From NCBI GenBank assembly GCA_001662655.1, contig KV460255.1: DNA of 64,000 nucleotides. One strand, given 5' to 3'. The notes under the pieces were generated by a model. That model had not been told where the DNA came from, did no database searches, and worked only from the letters and a program-made list of their open reading frames with translations. Source of the stretch: Pseudogymnoascus verrucosus. Taxonomy: Eukaryota. Positions within the stretch are counted from its first letter, which is position 1. Each line of letters starts with the position of its first letter. This document shows positions 39,283-51,145 of this stretch, piece by piece. Position numbers and translations under genes: made by a program.

Positions 39283-41319
39283 ATGCCATCTTCCTCAGAC
39301 GAAAAACGCCCCAGCGTCTCTCCGTCACAAGAACAGCCTGCCACTACCGCCTCGGGCAAGGTTGTAGAACGGACTGCCCATCCGATGGCGACTATGCATG
39401 ATGATGATGAGCGGCTGCTGGCTCAGATTGGCTACGAGCAGGTGGGATTGTTCCCTAGTCTAGGCAGAACCACGGGCACGGAATCCTGACAATGTGATAG
39501 AAATTCACCCGCCACTTCACGAAGTACTCCACGCTCTCCTATGCCGTCTCAGTCTTGGGAGTCCTGGGCTCTGTCCCAGCGACATTTGGAAGCCCGCTCA
39601 GTCTCGGCGGACCGGCTGCGGCGGTGTGGGCTTGGGCGTTTGGATCGTTGATGGCTCAGTGCATTTCTATGTCTGGTATGTTTCCCAATCGAGTTCTGGC
39701 GGACACAGACTGACTCACTGTCATAGTTGCGGAGCTGGTCTCTGCGTACCCCACGGCGGGAGGAATGTATTTCGTCACCAAGAACGTGGTTCCGCCGAAG
39801 CACTCGGCGCTCTGGTCGTGGGTTATCGGATGGTGTAATTTCCTAGGCCAAACAGCTGGAGTTGCTAGTGTGGCATACACAGTCGCCCAACAGATCCTCG
39901 CGGCGGTTAGCATGAACTCTCACTTCGACGGCGAGGCATATGCATTCTCACCGTAAGCTCACCTCGCCCCCCATCTCACCTAATACTAACACCCACCAGC
40001 TCCGCCCTCCAAACCGTCCTCCTCTCCATGGCCGTCCTGGTCATAACCGGCGTAATCTGCTCCCTCACCACCCGCAACCTGCACAAAATCATCCTCTGGT
40101 TCGCGCCTATCAACGTCATCGCATCCGTCTCCATCTGCATCGCCCTCCTCATCCTGACGCCCAACCTGCAGCCCGCAAGCTGGGTCTTCGGGCACTTCAC
40201 CGATGGCTCCGGATGGGGAACCCCATTCTCTTTTTTCCTGAGTTTCTTGTCCGTGGCTTGGGTCATGACCGATTATGATGGGACGACTCATATGTCTGAG
40301 GAGACCCACGACGCCGCTATTCGTGGACCTCAGGCTATTCGCTGGGCTGTCACTATATCGGGATTGGTCGGGTGGATGATCACTGTCACGCTGTGCTTCT
40401 GTACCACCGATCTCGACGCCGTTATTAACTCCCCAACCGGCATGCCCGCAGCACAGATCTTCCTCAACGCTGGCGGCAAAAAGGGGGGAACGGCAATGTG
40501 GTTCTTCGTCATCCTCGTCCAGTTCTTCACAGGCTGTTCCGCAATGTTAGCAGATACACGCATGGCCTTTGCCTTTGCCCGCGACAACGCCCTGCCATTC
40601 TCCACGTACGTCCCTCCCCCCACCCCCACCTTACTCCTCTTCCTTCCCCTCAAGCTACCTCGCCGCTAACCCCCCCCCTAGCTTCTGGTCCACCGTCAAC
40701 CCCCGCACCAACACCCCCATCAACGCCGTCTGGCTCGTCGTCGCCTTCGCCATAGTCCTAAACTGCATCGGCATCGGCAGCACCGAGACCATCGTCGCCA
40801 TCTTCAACATCACCGCCCCAGCCCTTGACCTCTCCTACGTAGCAGTAATCCTCGCTCGCAACATCTACAGTTCCCAAATCGATTTCCGCCCCGGCCCCTA
40901 CGTGCTGGGCTGGATGAGGAAGCCGCTGAATGGGATTGCGGTCACCTGGGTTTTCTTTATTAGTGTGGTGCTGCTGTTCCCGACGATTAGGCCGGTGACG
41001 GCGGAGAATATGAATTATGCGTCTGTGGTGGGGGCGGCGATTGCGTTGTTTGCTTGGGGGTGGTGGTGGGCGGGTGCGAGGAAGTGAGTTTTCCCCTTTT
41101 CCCCTTTTCCCCTTTGTATTCCTCCACGCCCGTGGATTGGCTGCCGCGTGCTGTGCTTTGCCGTGGAATTTTGTGTGCTGACTGGGTTGGTGGTGTAGCA
41201 AGTACTCCGGTCCGATTACGAAGGATATACTCGAGATCATCGCCACAGAGGATGGGCTGGATGATCACATCAACGAGGATTACCATACCACCGACTACGG
41301 CGTCGCCAGGTTATCTTGA
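39283..41319 (+). CDS. APC-superfamily amino acid permease (GABA/choline, Uga4/Hnm1-like), multi-exon
   Basis: DDERLLAQIGYEQ, AELVSAYPTAGGMYF, WVMTDYDGTTHMSEETHDAAIRGP, TRMAFAFARDNALPFS, NMNYA. Confidence 0.92.
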
Positions 41320-42005
41320 GCGAGTTTAGAGCCTTGTGTGGGAAAGTGTGTGCGGAGGGAGGGGGTGGTCGGATTATAGTATAGGTTACGCACGTCTGAC
41401 CAGCACCGTGGTCGTTCGTTTGAGATGAGTGAGAGTTTTTCGTGTTTTGGCGTATATATAGCGAAGGAGTTTGGGAGGTATTTTGGGTCATGGTATAGAC
41501 TTTTTTTATTACTTTATTACTTTATTTTTATCCTGGTAATGGGTCCTAGAGAGCTATGGTGATGAATATAGGTTTTATTTCGGTCTTGTATCTACGCGGG
41601 GGGTTTTTTTAGAACAGTAATTACCCAGAGTGTTTCTCGAATTTGATTCAATGTGCAATAGTCACACATGAGACAGCACGTAGCATAAGCTATATAAATA
41701 TTTTTTCTCATCTCCCAAAGTAACAAGCCAAATCTATTAGCACGCGCGCGGAGGCATTTATTTAATCCCAGATGCTACGTCAAAAATGTGATTAAAAAAA
41801 ACCACACTCTCACATACACATCACATCACACATCACTAGATAAAAAAACCCCCAACAAACAAACCATCAAAAAGTTAAAAGAAAATATATATTCCAGATC
41901 CAAGCCTGCATGCAAACTGCAATATTACTGTGTTTTTCTTACATCCGCTCTACGGATCTTTAAAAACAACGTGACCTGCACCTCTCTCTTTCCCGAGGAT
42001 ATCAT

Positions 42006-43062
42006 TTATGCAACAAATGTGCGGCGGTTGACACGCCTGCCTCCTCGCCTTCCACCCTGTCCTTTGTTGTTATTGTTGTTGTTGGCAGCGGCAGCGGTAG
42101 CGGTAGCGGCGGCGGCGTTGTTGTTATTGTTGTTAGCAGCGGTAGCGGCGGCGTTGTTGTTGTTATTGTTATTGTTGTTGTTAGCAGCGGCGGCATTGTT
42201 GTTATTGTTGTTATTGTTGTTGCCACCGTTGTTGTTATTCCCAGCACTAACAGTAAACTTCGTACAATCATCCGACGCACCACGCTGCGCAACAGGCATG
42301 AGAACAAGCTGATGGTTCGACGACGAAGCCATAGTGCAAACACGGTAATTGCCCGCGGGAAGTCCTCCAGTAACAGTCGCCGAGAGCCCGCCCTTTCCAT
42401 CACCTGCATCGTTGATCCCCTTGAAGAAGGCGAACTGTGTGGCGTCGAGGGGGGTGGTGGGGTTCAGGGTGTTGCCGAGATCCTGGACGGTGACGTGGGT
42501 GTGGCCGACGACTTTGCCGCCTTGGAGCTGCTGGGGGGCGGAGTAGTAGGTGTTATCGGCGTTGGTGAAGGTTCCGGCGACGAAGTTGGCCATTTGGACT
42601 TTGATGTCGAAGGTGGTGTCGGCTTGGACGTCGGCGCCACCCTGTGTTGGGAAGGTGATTATGGATGAGACCATGTTGGATTTGGAAGGGATGTCTCCCA
42701 TGACTGTCTCGTGTTAGAAAAATTGATTGGTATTTCTTTGGAGTAATATACGCACCAACTCCGTTACAAGAACCTCCTTGAACTTGCAGACCATCTGTCA
42801 GTGTCTTCCCCGAGCAGAAGTTTATGAAGTTGTTATCCGAAGTAAGTGACAACGCCTGGCCGGCTGCGATGTTGGCAGAACCATCTTGTGCAGACCCCTT
42901 CTGAACGGCATTGGCTAGCAGTGTGAGGCCATCAGCTGCATTGTTGTTGGCGTTGTTGTTGTTGTTGTTGTTGTTATTCTGACCCCCCTTATTCTGGTTG
43001 TTGTTCTGCGCAACGGCAGAGCTCGCCGCTAAGGCGACGGCAAGGGCAAACTTGTAGAGCAT
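42006..43062 (-). CDS. Secreted Asn-rich protein of a conserved fungal family (often mislabelled 'ribosomal protein S17'); intron 42704-42755
   Basis: Signal peptide; SLTSDNNFINFC, GGSCNGVVMGDIP, GHTHVTVQ, FAFFKGIND, YRVCTM, VLMPVAQRGASDDC. Confidence 0.85.
42064..42238. repeat. Coding AAC/AAT microsatellite blocks (poly-Asn interleaved with poly-Ala); a second block lies at ~42940-43005
   Basis: (TTG)n/(TTA) runs on the + strand inside the CDS above. Confidence 0.9.
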
Positions 43063-44794
43063 TGTAGCAGCTTCTTGACCAGAATTATAAGATGGTGAGA
43101 GTCGAGAGGCTGGTGAGGTTGGATGTAATGAGCGTTGTTGTTGTCCGTCAAGGAGTTAGATGTAAGAAAAAGAAAGGCACGTTCGACGTGTGATCTGATT
43201 GACCGGCAATTACAGATTGAAGAAGAGAAATAAAACCGCACGAAGATACACGTTTGGAAGGTGAAAGAGAGGTTTTAGACGGTGATGAACGTAAAAGAAG
43301 AGATGGATATTTCGGATGCAGAGTACTTCTTGTAGGAAGCTTGGCATCGACTAGAAGCGAGCAACAGATGAAAGATGAGGCCATGCTCTGGAACGAGCAT
43401 TGTATCGTCGGTGAAGTGGATATGGAGATCCCGTTGAGTATGAGACAGGAGATGTAATGCTTGGCGGCCGTTCTGTGAGCCGGGAAGGAAGTATATGGAT
43501 ACCAGACAAGCCGAGACGAGATCTTCAGGAAACTTTACTGGAACTGTAGTAGAACTTCGTAAAAGAGCCTATCACAGATGCCTGGTCTGGCTGTTGCCAT
43601 TTGTAAGAACGGGACGGGATTCGAGATGAAGTTTCTGATTGTTGCGCATTGTCCCATGCCAAACAGCAATTGTAAGAGAAAATGGTGCCAAGCTCAAACA
43701 GCATGAAACTCGTAACGCTGAAAAACCCACATTGAAGAACATCAAACCTGTCACAATGCCGTGTCTGGCTCTTAAAGGCAGGCAGTCAGCTCTGCGATGG
43801 GATTTTTCGATCCATAGTCTGATTGTAGTTGAACATTGGCAGTCTTGGCCGCCGTTGTGAGGGCATACGCGCCGGCAGTCGTTGTGGTCCGGCATCTACA
43901 CCATCCAGCACATCCACAACTGGGCAAATGAGAAACAGTGGCTGTTCTACATTTGCTTCAGCAGGATCTGTTTGATCACTGAAGATCTGTAGATATATAG
44001 TTGTCGGTGTTTGGTTGTGGTGGTGGCCATAACTGGTCGCAATGTGTCACCCATTCATTGTTGAATGATGATGAAGTTGTTAAAGTGCTGAGAGTTGTGA
44101 GTTATGAGGATAAATAAAGTATGAGTGAGAGACAGGGTGAGTGAGCGAGTACTCACAGATTGATCATGTGTGTATGTATGTACTGTATACATCATTCCCC
44201 GATACAGCACTGTGCAGAACTCAGGGTCCTGTCTACAAACTCTAATCACAGACCTGGGATTTATGTACCTGGCCACTCACTCGGTGCCCTGAAAGTGACA
44301 ACAAAAAAATGAAGCCCAAAAAGCATCATCTTTCTTGGATACTACATGGTATTTTCGTTGTCCTAGAGTTATAATTTATTGTTTGGCAATATTAACGTCA
44401 TATTATATTATACTCCTCTGGTATGAATCGAATACATCTTCCTTTTTGCTGGTTATACCGGTCGCACCCGCTCAATTGACTCTCAACGGCATGATATTCA
44501 AGAGGCACGTGTTGTCACCTGAGTAAGTAAATTCGCCGAACGTCGCACACTGAAAAAGAGAGATTGACTCCAATTCCCCTTTCTCCCGATCATCTTCTTC
44601 TTCATCTCTTCATACTCTTCATCAAACCATCCCCGACTTCACATATTTCACCACAATTATCTCTTCATCTACCTTATCTATCTCCTAAACTACCCCGCTG
44701 TGAACATTTCTCTCCAGATTTGATCCATTTTTGTTGTTAATTCTTCTGGATTGACCTATCACAAATTTTACCTCGAAAACCACCCCGAGTCACA

Positions 44795-45810
44795 ATGTCT
44801 TCCCCAGAAGAGAGAACCGTTAAGCGGCCGAGTGAGTAGCATCATCCCATCCATCCTATCACTGACTTTTGCAAACCTTTTTCGATATTTTTCCGCTCAA
44901 CCAGCACCCCCACCCCATACTCCATCAGACTTCAACGTTGAACATTTTCCTCCCAAACACTCCACTGTTCAACACAATGGCAGCATCCGATCTAACAGAC
45001 ACTCCCATGGCAGGAACCCAGTCGCTCCCGCCACCATCGCTGCCACGACTCACCGCTGAGCAGCATGTCCCGATTCCTGCGACTGACAAGAGCACCCAGC
45101 GCCTGATCGTTGTACTCTCAAATGCCAGTCTCGAAACCTACAAGGCCTCGCACGGTGCGCCAGCGAGGCCAGGCATGCCCAGCCGCGACGAGAAGTACTC
45201 GCTGCTGAACAGCGACGAGCACATTGGCGTCATGCGCAAGATGAACCGCGATATTAGCGATGCCCGACCGGATATTACACATCAGGTTTGCACGATCTAG
45301 CCATCTTAGCGGGGCAGAGACTAACGTCTGCAGTGCTTGCTCACTCTCCTCGATTCGCCCGTCAACAAGGCTGGTCTGCTGCAAATATATATCGCTACTG
45401 CGAAGGGTGTCCTCATCGAAGTCAGCCCGACAGTCCGAATCCCACGTACATTCAAGCGCTTTGCTGGACTTATGGTCCAGTTATTGCATCGCTTGTCTAT
45501 TCGCTCTACAAACTCCCAAGAGAAGCTGCTTAAGGTTATCAAGAACCCGATTTCGGATCACTTGCCTCCGAACTGCAGGAAGATCACGCTCAGTTTCGAT
45601 GCGCCCGTTGTCAAGGTCAGGGAGTATATGGAGGCCCTGAAGCCAGATGAGAGCATCTGCGTGTTCGTCGGCGCCATGGCGAAGGGATCCGACAATTTCG
45701 CCGACGAGTTCGTCGACGAGAAGATCTCCATCAGCAACTTCAGTCTCTCCGCTAGTGTGGCATGCTCCAAGTTTTGCCACGCTGCAGAAGATGCCTGGAA
45801 CATCATCTAG
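44795..45810 (+). CDS. EMG1: 18S rRNA pseudouridine N1-methyltransferase Nep1/Emg1; introns 44832-45013 and 45286-45333
   Basis: [97 protein letters not shown]. Confidence 0.95.
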
Positions 45811-47143
45811 GAGACCTTCATAGCGCCGACGCCGGCAGAAGATGTCCTCACTAGCGACAAGATACAATTCAGTCACGAGTGCGAACATGTCACAGCAAGG
45901 GCATTGGTCGATATAAGGTGAAAGCGAGGATCACTTCGGACGGCCTGATCATAACATCACGCTAGTTTGGGTGGTTATCGAGCTTGGGTTATCTGTGTGC
46001 TCAGTCTTTGTTTTTACAACCAAAACATCGGGCGTTCAACAACAGATCCAAGACGCTTTAGTCGTCTTTTGTGGGCCACTTCAACACGGTCCACAATTTC
46101 CTTTGTCAAATGCTTCAAGTGCTTCCATTGTTCTGGATTGTTGCGATAAGTATCGCGTTGCTGTCCCTCGATATGACGAGAATACCGAGGATGAAACCTA
46201 ATATTAGCTTTCGCTTTGGGCAGCAACACCACTATTTCGTGGGCACCCAGCGCACCTGCACCCAGTTTTGGTATGCTAGTATGCTGGTGTGCCCTCGACT
46301 CACTGTCCAACTACATAGCTAAATAGCCCGTAGAGACGTCGGACTTACTCCGCGCCAAGGGCAAATAAGTGAGATATTCATGCCCATCATGCTCGACCCA
46401 TTGTCGACCCATTGCCGACCCACTAGGATTCTGGGCCTCAAAGTGCGCAAGAATCCCGCATCATGTACCAGGATATGCCAGGGATATGCCCCATATATGA
46501 CTTGCCAAATGCTTCAGCTAATTCGCCATTTACAAAATAGCGCTCTAGCTATACTCTAACTATACTCAAGCTATACCATTGGATTCTCGTTGCTGACCTA
46601 GAGCCCCATTTTCATACCGATTTCGTAGCCTTCACCTTTTCATTCGGTGCTGTGTCGTCTGTGTGCCGTCAACTGGCAGCCAATGACTTTGTCGAGGCTG
46701 CCGGGGATATGCAACACCATGCTTCCGACCAAACGTTGCTACCCCACCGAGACGTGGCACACTTACAGCTGTACACTGAAAATGGCCTATGTTTCCAACG
46801 GCAGAAATGTACAGAAAGGTGAAGGCCTTACCGTACATGAATTTGCTCCAGTGCGGATTATCCTAGACTCATGCGTGCTACGCTGCTTCTGCAGCTTCAA
46901 GTCAAATTGCAAGGTGAGTGGTTGCCACTGAGCTTCACATGGGCCACAAGAACGAGTTTGAAGATTAGATGGCCTCACAGCTGCCGCCTCGTCTCATCGT
47001 GCATACAGCCATATAATGGTACCTTTTCCCTTCTGTCTTGCAGAGCATAACATTCTCTTCACTCGCGCTTCTATTCACTTGCGATCACTTCATCATTCCC
47101 TCTCTACACATCTCTCTCAAGCACCAAAACCCTCACCGCATCA

Positions 47144-48628
47144 ATGATTCCCACCATTGAAGTCTCCCACCTCCCCTCCTCCTCCTCCTTCTACGCCGCC
47201 GTCACCCAACCCCTCGGCATCCACTTCCTCTGCGCCTCCCCCTCCTCCCCTCACTCCCTACACTTTGGCATCCCCGCCCAACCCTCCGAAATCCTCTTCA
47301 CCCTCACCGAATCCCACTCCCCCCGCCCCTCAACCCTCTCCCTCACCGCCTCAAACTCTACCCAGGTCGCCAACTTCCACGCCCTCGCCCTCGAGTCAAA
47401 CACCCGCCACTCCACAAACCTCATCCAGCACTCCGCCGACACCTCAGTCGCCAAAACAACAGACCATGACGGCAACATGCTCGAGGTCCGCTACGCGCGT
47501 AGCACGCCCCGCCGCGGCTCTGTCCACGCGGCGCCAACTACTATCACCACCGCCTCGACTGCAAAGGAGGCCCGCAGAGTCCTAGACTGGCAGCGCGACG
47601 TTGCTCGCTCCATCTCCTCCCAATCCCCCACTCAAAGCCGCGACGGAAGCCCCGAGCGGGCCATGGTCCTCGCACAGCCAGTGCAGGAGGAGGCAGCACC
47701 ATCGCAGGTCGCGCCCCCAACAGAGGTACCAGACGCGCGCCCCGCCCTCCTCAGAAGCGCGACTACGCCCATGATGACGGCTATGTACAATGAAGTCTCC
47801 TCCGCCCTACCCGAGCGCATTGGAGAGGGCCTCTCTGCCCAGGCTATCATCGGGACTATCCTCGGCGCTGCAGCTGGCGCTGCAGTTGCCTACGCCATGG
47901 TTCGCAGCGAGGAGCCAGAGCCACAGCGTCCACAGCTCGTAACCTATTTCTCCGCCCCCGCTGCGCAGTTTCCACAGCAGGCGCCTGTCATGGAGGTAGC
48001 GCGCTCCAAGGCGCCGTCGATGGGCGGGTCAAGGGTGGGGAGTGAGAGGAGCCAGGGCGGGCAGCGGTACGTGCTTCGCTACAATGTCGCGAGCAATGCT
48101 GGTACCAGTCGGGGAGGGAGAGAGGGCGTGCTCCAGCCAGTAGACGAGAGGAGGAGTATGAGTTACTCCGCCTACGACGGCGGACGGAGCCAAGCACCCG
48201 CGCCTAGCCAGGCTTCGACGGCGAAACAATCCCGTTATACTGAGAGGGATGTTGGATATGAGAAGCCCGTTACGGTTGTTAGTGCGTCCCGCCACTCTGA
48301 GGCGGGGAGGCACTCTGAGAGTGGAAGAAGCCATGTGAGCAAAAGGAGCGATTCGACTATCAAACCCGCACGCACGAGCTCGAAAGCCGGAACGGAACGC
48401 CGTGACCAGACTGTGGTGAGCATGAAGAGTGACAGGAAGAGCACGACTGTCAGCGAGCGGGCGCGCAGGGTGCCGCTCCCGGAGAGCGTGATGGGGGGGA
48501 GTATGGCGCCTAGTGAGCGCGCGCGAAGGGTGCCGCTGCCGGAGAGTGTGGCGGGGAGCGTGGCACCGAGTGATAGTATTAGTAATATTGGGATGAGGAG
48601 CCATTACAGCAGGCGGGATGTGTATTGA
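47144..48628 (+). CDS. Hypothetical protein: N-terminal VOC/glyoxalase-like region, central hydrophobic GTILGAAAGAAVAYAM segment, disordered S/R-rich tail
   Basis: 494-aa ATG ORF; EVSHLPSSSSFYAAVTQPLG and DHDGNMLEV resemble VOC-fold ends. Confidence 0.75.
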   Translation: MIPTIEVSHLPSSSSFYAAVTQPLGIHFLCASPSSPHSLHFGIPAQPSEILFTLTESHSPRPSTLSLTASNSTQVANFHALALESNTRHSTNLIQHSADTSVAKTTDHDGNMLEVRYARSTPRRGSVHAAPTTITTASTAKEARRVLDWQRDVARSISSQSPTQSRDGSPERAMVLAQPVQEEAAPSQVAPPTEVPDARPALLRSATTPMMTAMYNEVSSALPERIGEGLSAQAIIGTILGAAAGAAVAYAMVRSEEPEPQRPQLVTYFSAPAAQFPQQAPVMEVARSKAPSMGGSRVGSERSQGGQRYVLRYNVASNAGTSRGGREGVLQPVDERRSMSYSAYDGGRSQAPAPSQASTAKQSRYTERDVGYEKPVTVVSASRHSEAGRHSESGRSHVSKRSDSTIKPARTSSKAGTERRDQTVVSMKSDRKSTTVSERARRVPLPESVMGGSMAPSERARRVPLPESVAGSVAPSDSISNIGMRSHYSRRDVY

Positions 48629-49029
48629 TCCCTGAGGATATAGGTAGGGACAGAAGAATTTTTTGACAGGAAACTTTGGACGACAGAACAGCACATATCA
48701 GGGATGGACGGATGGGACTCGCGATCTCACGACGGGAGTGGGGTGGGATGGGATGGGCGTTTGCGAATTCGAATCTACTTCAACACTTCCGGTTCTCTAT
48801 CGGCATTTTTTCTTTTGTTTGACGAGAGGTGGTGTGGCTTTTGAGCTTTGAGTTGTGGTGTTTGTTATAGGAGTGGATTTGTCCAAAAGACTAATATTTT
48901 TAACTCGTTATATTCGTGCCATATGCCCCTTTTGTCCTGCTACTGTTGACCGTATTTTTACATATCATACAATTTTATTCTTATTCTCACAACTCCTCCT
49001 GCTTCTTCCTCTTGCTGTATGTAGGTTGT

Positions 49030-49528
49030 TCACCTGGGTCCGGCGGTTGGTATCGAGCCGATTCCTGGTGGGACGGATCCTGCTGGGATTTCCTGTGCGC
49101 CTTCTGCGCGGAGCTTCTTCATTTGTTGGTCGCGCTGGTATTCCATCACTCGGCGCTTCTTGAAATATGTAACCTATTCGGAATATTAGCCATAAAGTTA
49201 TCACAAATGCCAGCCGCATCCGTCCCCAGTATCACTCCTCCCACCTTGGGCCCCCCCCCGCCCCCAAACGTAAAGTCCAAGAACTAGAACTCACCCAGCT
49301 ACTCGCGCAATTCTTCTCAAACCCTTTATTCTCCGCACCGCACGCCTTCTCCGCGGCATCCTTATTCGTCAAGCTGTCGATAATGGTGTTCTTGTCCAGG
49401 CACTGGAAGTATGCGTCCCTCGCCTCCCAGCACTTCGCGCGCGCGGTCCGGTCGGGCGCGATGGGTGTGCCGTCGGTTGAGATCTTGGGGGCGGGCAGCT
49501 TGTCGGCTGAGCTGGAGAATAAACCCAT
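49030..49528 (-). CDS. COA6: Cytochrome c oxidase assembly factor 6 (Cox6b-like Cys motif); intron 49174-49294
   Basis: APDRTARAKCWEARDAYFQCLD...C...FEKNCASSW|VTYFKKRR. Confidence 0.88.
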
Positions 49529-50005
49529 GGTGTGTGTATTTGGGGAGGAGGAGCTGGTGGCTGGGGTAGCTGTGGTGCTGAGGCCGGACTTTTCGGTCCC
49601 TTGGATTTTGGTGGTTTTGGTGTGACTTGATGGTGTAGCGGGGCGATCTGGACGAGTAGATAGTGCGTAATTCCCTTGCTGTTCAATTACTATATCTTGA
49701 GTGATCGGTATAGAGTAATCGTCTCCCAAATCCAACTTTCCAATCAACAATTTAGTCTCTCCGACGACATCATCGACACTACTCACGTGCATTCCCGCGC
49801 TAGTCGACCTACCCCTGTCATCCCCGTCCCCTAAACTTTACCAGAAGCCTATGCCATCCAGCCACCTCATGAAACCCTCCTCATCACCAACCTCCTACAA
49901 CACAAACTAAACAACTCTCAACTAGAGAACGACTACACTCCCGCAAATGCTACCAAGGTAGCCCACCATACCACCACCAACCCGGCATCGCACACACACG
50001 CACGC

Positions 50006-50753
50006 ATGCCTCTCCCACGGCGACGGCGCCCCCCGCGCCCCGGCGCCCTGACCGAGCTCCCGCCTTTGCGCATCCTCACCCAGATCCTGGCGCTGCAGGC
50101 GCTGTACTACGTCAGCGCCGTGGTAATGATCCTGTTTACGACGCTGGTGATGGGCACGCCATTCAGGTTGCTAGATGATATATTAGGGTGGACAGCGCTG
50201 AGGGGGGATACGACACAAGGATGGCTGTTGGGGATGGTGTGGATGACGAATGCGTTTTTTATGTGAGTAGCTGCTACACTGCGCCGCGCCGAGTTTCTAC
50301 CTGCAGCGCGCGATGCGCAGAGGGGGTGTAAAGGGTATAAAGCTAACGAACAACAGTGTAATAGCGATCCTCTTCATAATCCAGCGCTCCAAACTCGTCC
50401 TCGACTTCGTCATAACCCTGCACATCGTGCACCTCATCCTCGTCTCTCTCTACTCCCACGGCCTCCCGCGCAACTGGCTCTGGTGGGCCCTGCAGATCTG
50501 CAGCGCGGTGTTCATGGTCGTCCTCGGCACGTGGGCGTGTCAGCGCCGCGAGCTGCGGCCTATAATCTTTGGTGGCTCCGCGGCATCGCCTACGGATGGG
50601 GGGTCCGCGGGTGCTGGCGCGGGCGCGGGGCCGTCGGATGCGGTAGGGGATGAGGAATCGGGGTTCTCTAGGGGCGGGAGGAGGGGGAGGGGACGCGATG
50701 GGGCGGGGGAGTATGAGATGGTTCCGATAAAGACGGAGAGGCAGGAGGCGTGA
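50006..50753 (+). CDS. SYS1: Golgi integral membrane protein Sys1; intron 50263-50356
   Basis: PLRILTQILALQALYY, IQRSKLVLDF..TLH..HL, LP..WLWW, GTWACQRRELRPI. Confidence 0.9.
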
Positions 50754-51145
50754 GGACTTCTAGCGGGGCTTCGGCTGGTGTTGTTGTTGTTTATTATATC
50801 TGCTACTGTACGGAATATGGGCGACTAGACATGCGACGGTTTTTGATGGCGTTCAGGGGGGACTACAAGGTGGATAAACCTTGGGGCGGTCAGGATTTGG
50901 GATATTGGCTAGGCCATACGGATACCCTCATGATTCTAATTAAACGAATTGCTCGAATTTTTGCGATGCAATATCTGTACAACACATATGTTCCAACTGC
51001 CATAGCTGCACATCTTTCACCGTTGTTAATTCTTCCGTTGTCGGAACCGATATTTTTGCAAGGCATTCGTGCTACTCTTCATGGTGGGCATCTTGATAGT
51101 TTGATATCCCTGAGGCTAGTTGGAAATTCAGACTACTACCTCTTG

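Noticed and set aside
41088..41115. (TTTTCCCC)3 telomere-like run
   Set aside because: It is an intronic pyrimidine tract and not the TTAGGG telomere repeat.
42006..43062. 'Ribosomal protein S17' label often attached to this family
   Set aside because: It has a signal peptide and a Cys-containing secreted domain, with no resemblance to ribosomal proteins.
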